DNA of 64,000 nt from Azolla caroliniana (lineage: Eukaryota > Plantae > Polypodiophyta), in the NCBI GenBank assembly GCA_043228905.1, contig JBHGNT010000010.1:248001-312000 (forward strand), written 5' to 3'. Numbering within the stretch: the first letter of the stretch is position 1; each line of letters begins with the position of its first letter. The notes beneath the pieces were generated by a model. That model searched no databases. It had not been told where the DNA came from and worked only from the letters and a program-made list of their open reading frames with translations. Both the position numbers and the translations under genes were made by a program. Below, piece by piece: positions 14,401-28,740 of this stretch.

Positions 14401-15149
14401 ATGAACATTTTAATTTATTCACGCGCTCTTCTCAACTCCATCCTCAAATTTGGTAATTTCTTCATGTCTCTCGACCTGAGTTTCAAAATCTGAATTGGTA
14501 ATTTACTCTCCGGCTCTTCTCAACTCCCTCTTCTAACTTGCCAATTTCTTCATGTCTCTCGACCTGAGTTTCAAAATCTTGATTTTTTAATTCCATATCA
14601 TAGGTAGCGTTGTTAGCTTCGATTCGCATCTTTGAACACAAAAAACCGGGGTCACACGAGCCAGGTATGAACATTTTAATTTACTCAAGCGCTCTTCTCA
14701 ACTCCCTCTTCAAATTTGGTAATTTCTTCATGTCTCTCGACCTGAGTTTCAAAATCTTGATTTTTTAATTCTATATCATAGGTAGGGTTGTTAGCTTCGA
14801 ATCGCATGTTTGAACACAAAAATCCGGGAACACACGAGCCAGGTATGAACATTTTAATTTACTCACGGGCTCCTCTCAACTCCCTCCTCAAATTTGGTAT
14901 TTTCTTCATGACTCTCGACCTGAGTTTCAATATCCTGATTTTTTAATTCCATATTCTAGGTAGCGTTGTTAGCTTCGAATCGCAAGTTTGAACACAAAAA
15001 TCCGAGATCACACGAGCCAGGTATGAACATTTTAAATTAGTCACGGACTCTTCTCAACTCCTTCTTCTAACTTGCCAATTTCTTCAGGTCTCTCGACCTG
15101 AGTTTCAAAATCTTGATTTTTTAATTGCATATCATAGGTAGCGTTGTTA

Positions 15150-18100
15150 GCTTCGAATCGCATGTTTGAACACAAAAATCCGATATCACATGCGCCAGGT
15201 ATGAACATTTTAATTTACTCATGGGCTCTTCTCAACTCCCTCTTCTAACTTGCCAATTTCTTCATATCTCTCGACCTGAGTTTCAAAATCTTTATTTTTA
15301 ATTCCATATCATAGGTAGCGTTCTTAGCTTCGATTCGCCTGTTTGAACACAGAAATCCGGGATCACACGAGCCAGGTATGAACATTTTAATTTATTCACG
15401 CGCTCTTCTCAACTCCCTCCTCAAATTTGGTAATTTCTTCATGTCTCTCGACCTGCGTTTCAAAATCTTGATTTTTTAATTCTATATCATAGCTAGCATT
15501 GTTAGCTTCTATTCACATCTTTGAACACAAAAATCCGGGATCACACGAGCCAGGTATGAACATTTTAATTTACTCACGGGCTCCTCTCAACTCCCTCCTC
15601 AAATTTGGTAATTTCTTCATGTCTCTCGACCTGAGTTTCAAAATCTTGATTTTTTAATTCCATATTCTAGGTAGCGTTGTTAGCTTCGAATCGCAAGTTT
15701 GAACACAAAAATCCGAGATCACACGAACCAGGTATGAACATTTTAATTTACTCATGCGCTCTTCTCAACTCCCTCCTAAAATGTGGTAATTTCTTCATGT
15801 CTCTCGACCTGAGTTTCAAAATTTTGATTTTTTAATTCCATATCATAGGTAGCGTTGTTAGCTTCGTATCACATGTTTGAACACAAAAATCCGATATCAC
15901 GTGGGCCAGGTATGAACATTTTAATTTACTCACGGGCTCTTCTCAACTCCCTCTTCTAACTTGCCAATTTCTCCATGTCTCTCGACCTGAGTTTCAAAAT
16001 CTTGATTGTTTAATTCCATATCATAGGTAGCGTTGTTAGCTTCGATTCGCATGTTTGAACACAGAAATCCGGGATCACACGAGCCAGGTATGAACATTTT
16101 AATTTACTCACGGGCTCCTCTCAACTCCCTCCTCAAATTTGGTAATTTCTTCATGTCTCTCGACCTGAGTTTCAAAATCTTCATTTTTTAATTCCATATC
16201 ATAGGTAGCGTTGTTAGTTTCGAATCGCAAGTTTGAAGACAGAAATTCGGGATCACACGAGCCAGGTATGAACATTTTAATTTATTCACGCGCTCTTCTC
16301 AACTCCCTCCTAAAATGTGGTAATTTCTTCATGTCTCTCGACCTGAGTTTCAAAATCTTGATTTTTTAATTCCATATCATAGGTAGCGTTGTTAGCTTCG
16401 TATCACATGTTTGAACACAAAAATCCGATATCACGTGGGCCAGGTATGAACATTTTAATTTACTCACGGGCTCTTCTCAACTCCCTCTTCTAACTTGCCA
16501 ATTTCTTCATGTCTCTCGACCTGAGTTTCAAAATCTTGATTGTTTAATTCCATATCATAGGTAGCGTTGTTAGCTTCGATTCGCATGTTTGAACACAGAA
16601 ATCCGGGATCACACAAGCCAGGTATGAACATTTTAATTTACTCACGGGCTCCTCTCAACTCCCTCCTCAAATTTGGTAATTTCTTCATGTCTCTCGACCT
16701 GAGTTTCAAAATCTTGATTTTTTAATTCTATATCATAGGTAGCGTTGTTAGCTTCGAATCGCATGTTTGAACACAAAAATCCGATATCACATGCGCCAGG
16801 TATGAACATTTTAATTTACTCATGGGCTCTTCTCAACTCCCTCTTCTAACTTGCCAATTTCTTCATATCTCTCGACCTGAGTTTCAAAATCTTTATTTTT
16901 AATTCCATATCATAGGTAGCGTTCTTAGCTTCGATTCGCCTGTTTGAACACAGAAATCCGGGATCACACGAGCCAGGTATGAACATTTTAATTTATTCAC
17001 GCGCTCTTCTCAACTCCCTCCTCAAATTTGGTAATTTCTTCATGTCTCTCGATCTGCGTTTCAAAATCTTGATTTTTTAATTCTATATCATAGCTAGCAT
17101 TGTTAGCTTCGATTCGCATCTTTGAACACAAAAATCCGGGATCACACGAGCCAGGTATGAACATTTTAATTTACTCACGGGCTCCTCTCAACTCCCTCCT
17201 CAAATTTGGTAATTTCTTCATGTCTCTCGACCTGAGTTTCAAAATCTTGATTTTTTAATTCCATATTCTAGGTAGCGTTGTTAGCTTCGAATCGCAAGTT
17301 TGAACACAAAAATCCGAGATCACACGAACCAGGTATGAACATTTTAATTTACTCATGCGCTCTTCTCAACTCCCTCCTAAAATGTGGTAATTTCTTCATG
17401 TCTCTCGACCTGAGTTTCAAAATCTTGATTTTTTAATTCCATATCATAGGTAGCGTTGTTAGCTTCGTATCACATGTTTGAACACAAAAATCCGATATCA
17501 CGTGGGCCAGGTATGAACATTTTAATTTACTCACGGGCTCTTCTCAACTCCCTCTTCTAACTTGCCAATTTCTCCATGTCTCTCGACCTGAGTTTCAAAA
17601 TCTTGATTGTTTAATTCCATATCATAGGTAGCGTTGTTAGCTTCGATTCGCATGTTTGAACACAGAAATCCGGGATCACACGAGCCAGGTATGAACATTT
17701 TAATTTACTCACGGGCTCCTCTCAACTCCCTCCTCAAATTTGGTAATTTCTTCATGTCTCTCGACCTGAGTTTCAAAATCTTCATTTTTTAATTCCATAT
17801 CATAGGTAGCGTTGTTAGTTTCGAATCGCAAGTTTGAAGACAGAAATTCGGGATCACACGAGCCAGGTATGAACATTTTAATTTATTCACGCGCTCTTCT
17901 CAACTCCCTCCTAAAATGTGGTAATTTCTTCATGTCTCTCGACCTGAGTTTCAAAATCTTGATTTTTTAATTCCATATCATAGGTAGCGTTGTTAGCTTC
18001 GTATCACATGTTTGAACACAAAAATCCGATATCACGTGGGCCAGGTATGAACATTTTAATTTACTCACGGGCTCTTCTCAACTCCCTCTTCTAACTTGCC

Positions 18101-18330
18101 AATTTCTTCATGTCTCTCGACCTGAGTTTCAAAATCTTGATTGTTTAATTCCATATCATAGGTAGCGTTGTTAGCTTCGATTCGCATGTTTGAACACAGA
18201 AATCCGGGATCACACAAGCCAGGTATGAACATTTTAATTTACTCACGGGCTCCTCTCAACTCCCTCCTCAAATTTGGTAATTTCTTCATGTCTCTCGACC
18301 TGAGTTTCAAAATCTTGATTTTTTAATTCC
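15150..18330. repeat. 9-mer tandem duplication (period 1601 bp)
   Basis: 1-bp-deleted TTTATTTTTA variant at 15291/16892 (9x178-1), with the same following monomer order (CTGCG, GAACC, TCTCCATG, GAAGACAG, CACAAGCC). Confidence 0.82.
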
Positions 18331-20020
18331 ATATTCTAGGTAGCGTTGTTAGCTTCGAATCGCAAGTTTGAACCCAAAAATCCGAGATCACACGAGCCAG
18401 GTATGAACATTTTAAATTATTCACGGGCTCTTCTCAACTCCTTGCTCAAATTTGGTAATTTCTTCATGTCTCGCGACCTGCGTCTCAAAATCTTGATTTT
18501 TTAATTCCATATCATAGGTATCGTTGTTAGCTTAGAATCCCATGTTTGAACACAAAAATCCGGGATCACACGAGCCAGGGATGAACATTTTAATTTACTC
18601 ACGGGCTCCTCTCAACTCCCTCCTCAAATTTGGTAATTTCTTCATGTCTCTCGACCTGAGTTTCAAAATCTTGAATTTTTAATTCCATATCATAGGTAGC
18701 GTTGTTAGCTTCGAATCGCAAGTTTGAACACAGAATTTCGGGATCACACGATCCAGGTATGAACATTTTAATTTACTCACGGGCTCCTCTCAACTCTCTC
18801 TTCAAATTTGGTAATTTCTTCATGTCTCTCGACCTGAGTTTCAAAATCTTGATTTTTTAATTCTATATCATAGGTAGCGTTGTTAGCTTCGAATCGCATG
18901 TTTGAACACAAAAATCCGGGATCACACGAGGCAGGTATGAACATTTTAATTTACTCACGGGCTCTTCTTAACTCCTTGCTCAAATTTGGTAATTTCTTCA
19001 TGTCTCTCGACCTGAGTTTCAAAATCTTGATTTTTTAATTCCATATCTTAGGTAGCGTTGTTAGCTTCGATTCGCATGTTTGAACACAAAAATCCGAGAT
19101 CACACGAGCCAGGTATGAACATTTTAATTTACTCACGGGCTCCTCTCAACTCCCTCCTCAAATTTGGTAATTTCTTCATGTCTCTCGACCTGAGTTTCAA
19201 AATCTTGATTTTTTAATTCTATATCATAGGTAGCGTTGTTAGCTTCGAATCGCATGTTTGAACACAAAAATCCGGGATCACACGAGGCAGGTATGAACAT
19301 TTTAATTTACTCACGCGCTCTTCTCAACTCCCTCCTAAAATGTGGTAATTTCTTCATGTCTCTCGACCTGAGTTTCAAAATCTTGATTTTTTAATTCCAT
19401 ATCATAGGTAGCGTTGTTAGCTTCGTATCACATGTTTGAACACAAAAATCCGATATCACGTGGGCCAGGTATGAACATTTTAATTTACTCACGGGCTCTT
19501 CTCAACTCCCTCTTCTAACTTGCCAATTTCTTCATGTCTCTCGACCTGAGTTTCAAAATCTTGATTGTTTAATTCCATATCATAGGTAGCGTTGTTAGCT
19601 TCGATTCGCATGTTTGAACACAGAAATCCGGGATCACACAAGCCAGGTATGAACATTTTAATTTACTCACGGGCTCCTCTCAACTCCCTCCTCAAATTTG
19701 GTAATTTCTTCATGTCTCTCGACCTGAGTTTCAAAATCTTGATTTTTTAATTCTATATCATAGGTAGCATTGTTAGCTTCGAATCACATGTTTGAACACA
19801 AAAATCCGATATCACATGGGCCAGGTATGAACATTTTAATTTACTCACGGGCTCTTCTCAACTCCCTCCTAAAATGTGGTAATTTCTTCATGTCTCTCGA
19901 CCTGAGTTTCAAAATTTGATTTTTTAATTCTATAACATAGGTAGCGTTGTTAGCTTCGAATTGCCTGTTTGAACACAGAAATCCGGGATCACACAAGCCA
20001 GGTATGAACATTTTAATTTA

Positions 20021-20950
20021 CTCACGGGCTCCTCTCAACTCCCTCCTCAAATTTGGTAATTTCTTCATGTCTCTCGACCTGAGTTTCAAAATCTTGATTT
20101 TTTAATTCCATATTCTAGGTAGCGTTGTTAGCTTTGAATCGCAAGTTTGAACCCAAAAATCCGAGATCACACGAGCCAGGTATGAATATTTTAAATTAGT
20201 CACGGGCTCTTCTCAACTCCTTGCTCAAATTTGGTAATTTCTTCATGTCTCGCGACCTGCGTCTCAAAATCTTGATTTTTTAATTCCATATCATAGGTAT
20301 CGTTGTTAGCTTAGAATCGCATGTTTGAACACAAAAATCCGGGATCACACGAGCCAGGGATAAACATTTTAATTTACTCACGGGCTCCTCTCAACTCCCT
20401 CCTCAAATTTGGTAATTTCTTCATGTCTCTCGACCTGAGTTTCAAAATCTTGAATTTTTAATTCCATATCATAGGTAGCGTTGTTAGCTTCGAATCGCAA
20501 GTTTGAACACAGAATTTCGGGATCACACGATCCAGGTATGAACATTTTAATTTACTCACGGGCTCCTCTCAACTCCCTCCTCAAATTTGGTAATTTCTTC
20601 ATGTCTCTCGACCTGAGTTTCAAAATCTTGATTTTTTAATTCCATATTCTAGGTAGCGTTGTTAGCTTTGAATCGCAAGTTTGAACCCAAAAATCCGAGA
20701 TCACACGAGCCAGGTATGAATATTTTAAATTAGTCACGGGCTCTTCTCAACTCCTTGCTCAAATTTGGTAATTTCTTCATGTCTCGCGACCTGCGTCTCA
20801 AAATCTTGATTTTTTAATTCCATATCATAGGTATCGTTGTTAGCTTAGAATCGCATGTTTGAACACAAAAATCCGGGATCACAGGAGCCAGGGATAAACA
20901 TTTTAATTTACTCACGGGCTCCTCTCAACTCCCTCCTCAAATTTGGTAAT
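20021..20950. repeat. 3-mer duplication (period 534 bp)
   Basis: GCTTTGAATC at 20131/20665; CGCGACCTGCGTCTC, GGTATCG, CTTAGAATC and GGGATAAAC variants repeat at the same offset. Confidence 0.8.
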
Positions 20951-21199
20951 TTCTTCATGTCTCTCGACCTGAGTTTCAAAATCTTCATTTTTTAATTCCA
21001 TATCATAGGTAGCGTTGTTAGTTTCGAATCGCAAGTTTGAAGACAGAAATTCGGGATCACACGAGCCAGGTAAGAACATTTTAATTTATTCACGCGCTCT
21101 TCTCAACTCCCTCCTCAAATTTGGTAATTTCTTCATGTCTCTCGACCTGAGTTTCAAAATCTTGATTTTTTAATTCCATATCATAGGTAGCGTTGTTAG

Positions 21200-24100
21200 C
21201 TTCGATTCGCATGTTTGAACACAGAAATCCGGGATCACACGAGCCAAATATGAACATTTTAATTTATTCACACGCTCTTCTCAACCTCCTCCTCAAATTT
21301 GGTAATTTCTTCATGTCTCTCGACATGAGTTTCAAAATCTTCATTTTTTAATTCTATATCATAGCTAGCATTGTTAGCTTCGAATCGCATGTTTGAAAAC
21401 AAAAATCCGGGATCACACGAGCCAGGTACGAACATTTTTATTTACTCACGGGCTCCTCTCAACTCCCTCCTCAAATTTGGTAATTTCTTCATGTCTCTCG
21501 ACCTGAGTTTCAAAATCTTGATTTTTTAATTCTATATCATAGGTAGCGTTGTTAGCTTCAAATCGCATGTTTGAACACAAAAATTCGGGATCACACGAGC
21601 CAGGTATGAACATTTTAATTTACTCACGGGCTCCTCTCAACTCCCTCCTCAAATTTGGTAATTTCTTCATGTCTCTCGACCTGAGTTTCAAAATCTTGAA
21701 TTTTTAATTCTATATCATAGGTAGCGTTGTTAGCTTCGAATCACATGTTTGAACACAAAAATCCGATATCACATGGGCCAGGTATGAACATTTTAATTTA
21801 CTCACGGGCTCTTCTCAACTCCCTCCTCAAATTTGGTAATTTCTTCATGTCTCTCGACCTGAGTTTCAAAATCTTGATTTTTTAATTCTATAACATAGGT
21901 AGCGTTGTTAGCTTCGAATCACATGTTTGAACACAAAAATCCGATATCACATGGGCCAGGTATGAACATTTTAATTTACTCACGGGCTCTTCTCGACTCC
22001 CTCTTCTAACTTGCCAATTTCTTCATGTCTCTCGACCTGAGTTTCAAAATCTTGATTTTTTAATTCCATATTCTAGGTAGCGTTGTTAGCTTCGAATCGC
22101 AAGTTTGAACCCAAATATCCGAGATCACACGAGCCAGGTATGAACATTTTAATTTATTCACGCGCTCTTCTCAACTCCCTCCTCAAATTTGGTAATTTCT
22201 TCATGTCTCTCGACCTGAGTTTCAAAATCCTAATTTTTTAATTCCATATCATAGGTAGCGTTGTTAGCTTCGATTCGCATGTTTGAACACAGAAATCCGG
22301 GATCACACGAGCCAAATATGAACATTTTAATTTATTCACACGCTCTTCTCAACCTCCTCCTCAAATTTGGTAATTTCTTCATGTCTCTCGACATGAGTTT
22401 CAAAATCTTCACTTTTTAATTCTATATCATAGCTAGCATTGTTAGCTTCGAATCGCATGTTTGAAAACAAAAATCCGGGATCACACGAGCCAGGTATGAA
22501 CATTTTAATTTACTCACGGGCTCCTCTCAACTCCCTCCTCAAATTTGGTAATTTCTTCATGTCTCTCGACCTGAGTTTCAAAATCTTGATTTTTTAATTC
22601 TATATCATAGGTAGCGTTGTTAGCTTCGAATCGCATGTTTGAACACAAAAATCCGGGATCACACGAGGCAGGTATGAACATTTTAATTTACTCACGGGCT
22701 CTTCTTAACTCCTTGCTCAAATTTGGTAATTTCTTCATGTCTCTCGACCTGAGTTTCAAAATCTTGATTTTTTAATTCTATATCATAGGTAGCGTTGTTA
22801 GCTTCGAATCGCATGTTTGAACACAAAAATTCGGGATCACACGAGCCAGGTATGAACATTTTAATTTACTCACGGGCTCCTCTCAACTCCCTCCTCAAAT
22901 TTGGTAATTTCTTCATGTGTCTCGACCTGAGTTTCAAAATCTTGAATTTTTAATTCTATATCATAGGTAGCGTTGTTAGCTTCGAATCACATGTTTGAAC
23001 ACAAAAATCCGATATCACATGGGCCAGGTATGAACATTTTAATTTACTCACGGGCTCTTCTCAACTCCCTCCTCAAATTTGGTAATTTCTTCATGTCTCT
23101 CGACCTGAGTTTCAAAATCTTGATTTTTTAATTCTATAACATAGGTAGCGTTGTTAGCTTCGAATCACATGTTTGAACACAAAAATCAGATATCACATGG
23201 GCCAGGTATGAACATTTTAATTTACTCACGGGCTCTTCTCGACTCCCTCTTCTAACTTGCCAATTTCTTCATGTCTCTCGACCTGAGTTTCAAAATCTTG
23301 ATTTTTTAATTCCATATTCTAGGTAGCGTTGTTAGCTTCGAATCGCAAGTTTGAACCCAAAAATCCGAGATCACACGAGCCAGGTATGAACATTTTAAAT
23401 TAGTCACGGGCTCTTCTCAACTCCTTGCTCAAATTTGGTAATTTCTTCATGTCTCGCGACCTGCGTTTCAAAATCTTGATTTTTTAATTCCATATGATAG
23501 GTAGCGTTGTTAGCTTCGAATCGCATGTTTGAACACAAAAATCCGGGATCACACGAGCCAGGTATGAACATTTTAATTTACTCACGGGCTCCTCTCAACT
23601 CCCTCCTCAAATTTGGTTATTTCTTCATGTCTCTGGACCTGAGTTTCAAAATCTTGAATTTTTAATTCCATATCATAGGTAGCGTTGTTAGCTTCGAATC
23701 GCAAGTTTGAACACAGAATTTCGGGATCACACGAGCCAGGTATGAACATTTTAATTTACTCACGGGCTCCTCTCAACTCCCTCCTCAAATTTGGTAATTT
23801 CTTCATGTCTCTCGACCTGAGCTTCAAAATCTTGATTTTTCAATTCTATATCATAGGTAGCGTTGTTAGCTTCGAATCGCATGTTTGAACACAAAAATCC
23901 GGGATCACACGAGGCAGGTATGAACATTTTAATTTACTCACGGGCTCCTCTCAACTCCCTCCTCAAATTTGGTAATTTCTTCATGTCTCTCGACCTGAGT
24001 TTCAAAATCTTGATTTTTTAATTCCATATCTTAGGTAGCGTTGTTAGCTTCGATTCGCATGTTTGAACACAAAAATCCGCTATAACACGAGGCAGGTATG

Positions 24101-27100
24101 AACATTTTAATTTACTCACGGGCTCCTCTCAACTCCCTCCTCAAATTTGGTAATTTCTTCATGTCTCTCGACCTGAGTTTCAAAATCTTGATTTTTTAAT
24201 TCTATAACAGAGGTAGCGTTGTTAGCTTCGAATCACATGTTTGAACACAGAAATCCGATATCACATGGGCCAGGTATGAACATTTTAATTTACTCACGGG
24301 CTCTTCTCGACTCCCTCTTCTAACTTGCCAATTTCTTCATGTCTCTCGACCTGAGTTTCAAAATCTTGATTTTTTAATTCCATATTCTAGGTAGCGTTGT
24401 TAGCTTCGAATCGCAAGTTTGAACCCAAAAATCCGAGATCACACGAGCCAGGTATGAACATTTTAATTTATTCACGCGCTCTTCTCAACTCCCTCCTCAA
24501 ATTTGGTAATTTCTTCATGTCTCTCGACCTGAGTTTCAAAATCCTAATTTTTTAATTCCATATCATAGGTAGCGTTGTTAGCTTCGATTCGCATGTTTGA
24601 ACACAGAAATCCGGGATCACACGAGCCAAATATGAACATTTTAATTTATTCACACGCTCTTCTCAACCTCCTCCTCAAATTTGGTAATTTCTTCATTTCT
24701 CTCGACATGAGTTTCAAAATCTTCATTTTTTAATTCTATATCATAGCTAGCATTGTTAGCTTCGAATCGCATGTTTGAAAACAAAAATCCGGGATCACAC
24801 GAGCCAGGTATGAACATTTTAATTTACTCACGGGCTCCTCTCAACTCCCTCCTCAAATTTGGTAATTTCTTCATGTCTCTCGACCTGAGTTTCAAAATCT
24901 TGATTTTTTAATTCTATATCATAGGTAGCGTTGTTAGCTTCGAATCGCATGTTTGAACACAAAAATCCGGGATCACACGAGGCAGGTATGAACATTTTAA
25001 TTTACTCACGGGCTCTTCTTAACTCCTTGCTCAAATTTGGTAATTTCTTCATGTCTCTCGACCTGAGTTTCAAAATCTTGATTTTCTAATTCTATATCAT
25101 AGGTAGCGTTGTTAGCTTCGAATCGCATGTTTGAACACAAAAATTCGGGATCACACGAGCCAGGTATGAACATTTTAATTTACTCACGGGCTCCTCTCAA
25201 CTCCCTCCTCAAATTTGGTAATTTCTTCATGTCTCTCGACCTGAGTTTCAAAATCTTGAATTTTTAATTCTATATCATAGGTAGCGTTGTTAGCTTCGAA
25301 TCACATGTTTGAACACAAAAATCCGATATCACATGGGCCAGGTATGAACATTTTAATTTACTCACGGGCTCTTCTCAACTCCCTCCTCAAATTTGGTAAT
25401 TTCTTCATGTCTCTCGACCTGAGTTTCAAAATCTTGATTTTTTAATTCTATAACATAGGTAGCGTTGTTAGCTTCGAATCACATGTTTGAACACAAAAAT
25501 CAGATATCACATGGGCCAGGTATGAACATTTTAATTTACTCACGGGCTCTTCTCGACTCCCTCTTCTAACTTGCCAATTTCTTCATGTCTCTCGACCTGA
25601 GTTTCAAAATCTTGATTTTTTAATTCCATATTCTAGGTAGCGTTGTTAGCTTCGAATCGCAAGTTTGAACCCAAAAATCCGAGATCACACGAGCCAGGTA
25701 TGAACATTTTAAATTAGTCACGGGCTCTTCTCAACTCCTTGCTCAAATTTGGTAATTTCTTCATGTCTCGCGACCTGCGTTTCAAAATCTTGATTTTTTA
25801 ATTCCATATGATAGGTAGCGTTGTTAGCTTCGAATCGCATGTTTGAACACAAAAATCCGGGATCACACGAGCCAGGTATGAACATTTTAATTTACTCACG
25901 GGCTCCTCTCAACTCCCTCCTCAAATTTGGTAATTTCTTCATGTCTCTCGACCTGAGTTTCAAAATCTTGAATTTTTAATTCCATATCATAGGTAGCGTT
26001 GTTAGCTTCGAATCGCAAGTTTGAACACAGAATTTCGGGATCACACGAGCCAGGTATGAACATTTTAATTTACTCACGGGCTCCTCTCAACTCCCTCCTC
26101 AAATTTGGTAATTTCTTCATGTCTCTCGACCTGAGTTTCAAAATCTTGATTTTTCAATTCTATATCATAGGTAGCGTTGTTAGCTTCGAATCGCATGTTT
26201 GAACACAAAAATCCGGGATCACACGAGGCAGGTATGAACATTTTAATTTACTCACGGGCTCCTCTCAACTCCCTCCTCAAATTTGGTAATTTCTTCATGT
26301 CTCTCGACCTGAGTTTCAAAATCTTGATTTTTTAATTCCATATCTTAGGTAGCGTTGTTAGCTTCGATTCGCATGTTTGAACACAAAAATCCGGGATAAC
26401 ACGAGGCAGGTATGAACATTTTAATTTACTCACGGGCTCCTCTCAACTCCCTCCTCAAATTTGGTAATTTCTTCATGTCTCTCGACCTGAGTTTCAAAAT
26501 CTTGATTTTTTAATTCCATATCATAGGTAGTGTTGTTAGCTTCGATTCGCATCTTTGAACACAAAAATCTGGTATCACACGAGCCAGGTATGAAAATTTT
26601 AAATTAGTCACGGGCTCTTCTCAACTCCCTCCTCAAATTTGGTAATTTCTTCATGTCTCTCGCCCTGAGTTTCAAAATCTTGATTTTTTAATTCCATATC
26701 TTAGGTAGCGTTGTTAGCTTCGAATCGCAAGTTTGAACACAAAAATCCGAGATCACACGAGCCAGGTATGAACATTTTAATTTACTCACGGGCTCCTCTC
26801 AACTCCCTCCTCAAATTTGGTAATTTCTTCATGTCTCTCGACCTGAGTTTCAAAATCTTGAATTTTTAATTCTATATCATAGGTAGCGTTGTTAGCTTCG
26901 AATCACATGTTTGAACACAAAAATCCGATATCACATGGGCCAGGTATGAACATTTTAATTTACTCACGGGCTCTTCTCAACTCCCTCCTCAAATTTGGTA
27001 ATTTCTTCATGTCTCTCGACCTGAGTTTCAAAATCTTGATTTTTTAATTCTATAACATAGGTAGCGTTGTTAGCTTCGAATCACATGTTTGAACACAAAA

Positions 27101-28740
27101 ATCAGATATCACATGGGCCAGGTATGAACATTTTAATTTACTCACGGGCTCTTCTCGACTCCCTCTTCTAACTTGCCAATTTCTTCATGTCTCTCGACCT
27201 GAGTTTCAAAATCTTGATTTTTTAATTCCATATTCTAGGTAGCGTTGTTAGCTTCGAATCGCAAGTTTGAACCCAAAAATCCGAGATCACACGAGCCAGG
27301 TATGAACATTTTAAATTAGTCACGGGCTCTTCTCAACTCCTTGCTCAAATTTGGTAATTTCTTCATGTCTCGCGACCTGCGTTTCAAAATCTTGATTTTT
27401 TAATTCCATATGATAGGTAGCGTTGTTAGCTTCGAATCTCATGTTTGAACACAAAAATCCGGGATCACACGAGCCAGGTATGAACATTTTAATTTACTCA
27501 CGGGCTCCTCTCAACTCCCTCCTCAAATTTGGTAATTTCTTCATGTCTCTCGACCTGAGTTTCAAAATCTTGAATTTTTAATTCCATATCATAGGTAGCG
27601 TTGTTAGCTTCGAATCGCAAGTTTGAACACAGAATTTCGGGATCACACGAGCCAGGTATGAACATTTTAATTTACTCACGGGCTCCTCTCAACTCCCTCC
27701 TCAAATTTGGTAATTTCTTCATGTCTCTCGACCTGAGTTTCAAAATCTTGATTTTTTAATTCTATATCATAGGTAGCGTTGTTAGCTTCGAATCGCATGT
27801 TTGAACACAAAAATCCGGGATCACACGAGGCAGGTATGAACATTTTAATTTACTCACGGGCTCCTCTCAACTCCCTCCTCAAATTTGGTAATTTCTTCAT
27901 GTCTCTCGACCTGAGTTTCAAAATCTTGATTTTTTAATTCCATATCTTAGGTAGCGTTGTTAGCTTCGATTCGCATGTTTGAACACAAAAATCCGGGATA
28001 ACACGAGGCAGGTATGAACATTTTAATTTACTCACGGGCTCCTCTCAACTCCCTCCTCAAATTTGTTAATTTCTTCATGTCTCTCGACCTGAGTTTCAAA
28101 ATCTTGATTTTTTAATTCTATATCATAGGTAGCGTTGTTAGCTTCGAATCGCATGTTTGAACACAAAAATCCGGGATCACACGAGGCAGGTATGAACATT
28201 TTAATTTACTCACGGGCTCCTCTCAACTCCCTCCTCAAATTTGGTAATTTCTTCATGTCTCTCGACCTGATTTTCAAAATCTTGATTTTTTAATTCCATA
28301 TCTTAGGTAGCGTTGTTAGCTTCGATTCGCATGTTTGAACACAAAAATCCGGGATAACACGAGGCAGGTATGAACATTTTAATTTACTCACGGGCTCCTC
28401 TCAACTCCCTCCTCAAATTTGGTAATTTCTTCATGTCTCTCGACCTGAGTTTCAAAATCTTGATTTTTTAATTCCATATCATAGGTAGTGTTGTTAGCTT
28501 CGATTCGCATCTTTGAACACAAAAATCTGGTATGACACGAGCCAGGTATGAAAATTTTAAATTAGTCACGGGCTCTTCTCAACTCCCTCCTCAAATTTGG
28601 TAATTTCTTCATGTCTCTCGCCCTGAGTTTCAAAATCTTGATTTTTTAATTCCATATCTTAGGTAGCGTTGTTAGGTTCGAATCGCAAGTTTGAACACAA
28701 AAATCCGAGATCACACGAGCCAGGTATGAACATTTTAATT
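21200..28740. repeat. Nested 6-mer, 13-mer, 9-mer and 2-mer duplications
   Basis: GAGCCAAATA at 21241/22309/24623 (+1068 = 6x178, +2314 = 13x178); CAGATATC at 23187/25501/27103 (+2314, +1602 = 9x178); CTGGTAT at 26569/28527 (+1958 = 11x178) owing to a dimer duplication within 27675-28386; artefactual ORFs 23685/25999 also 2314 apart. Confidence 0.85.
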
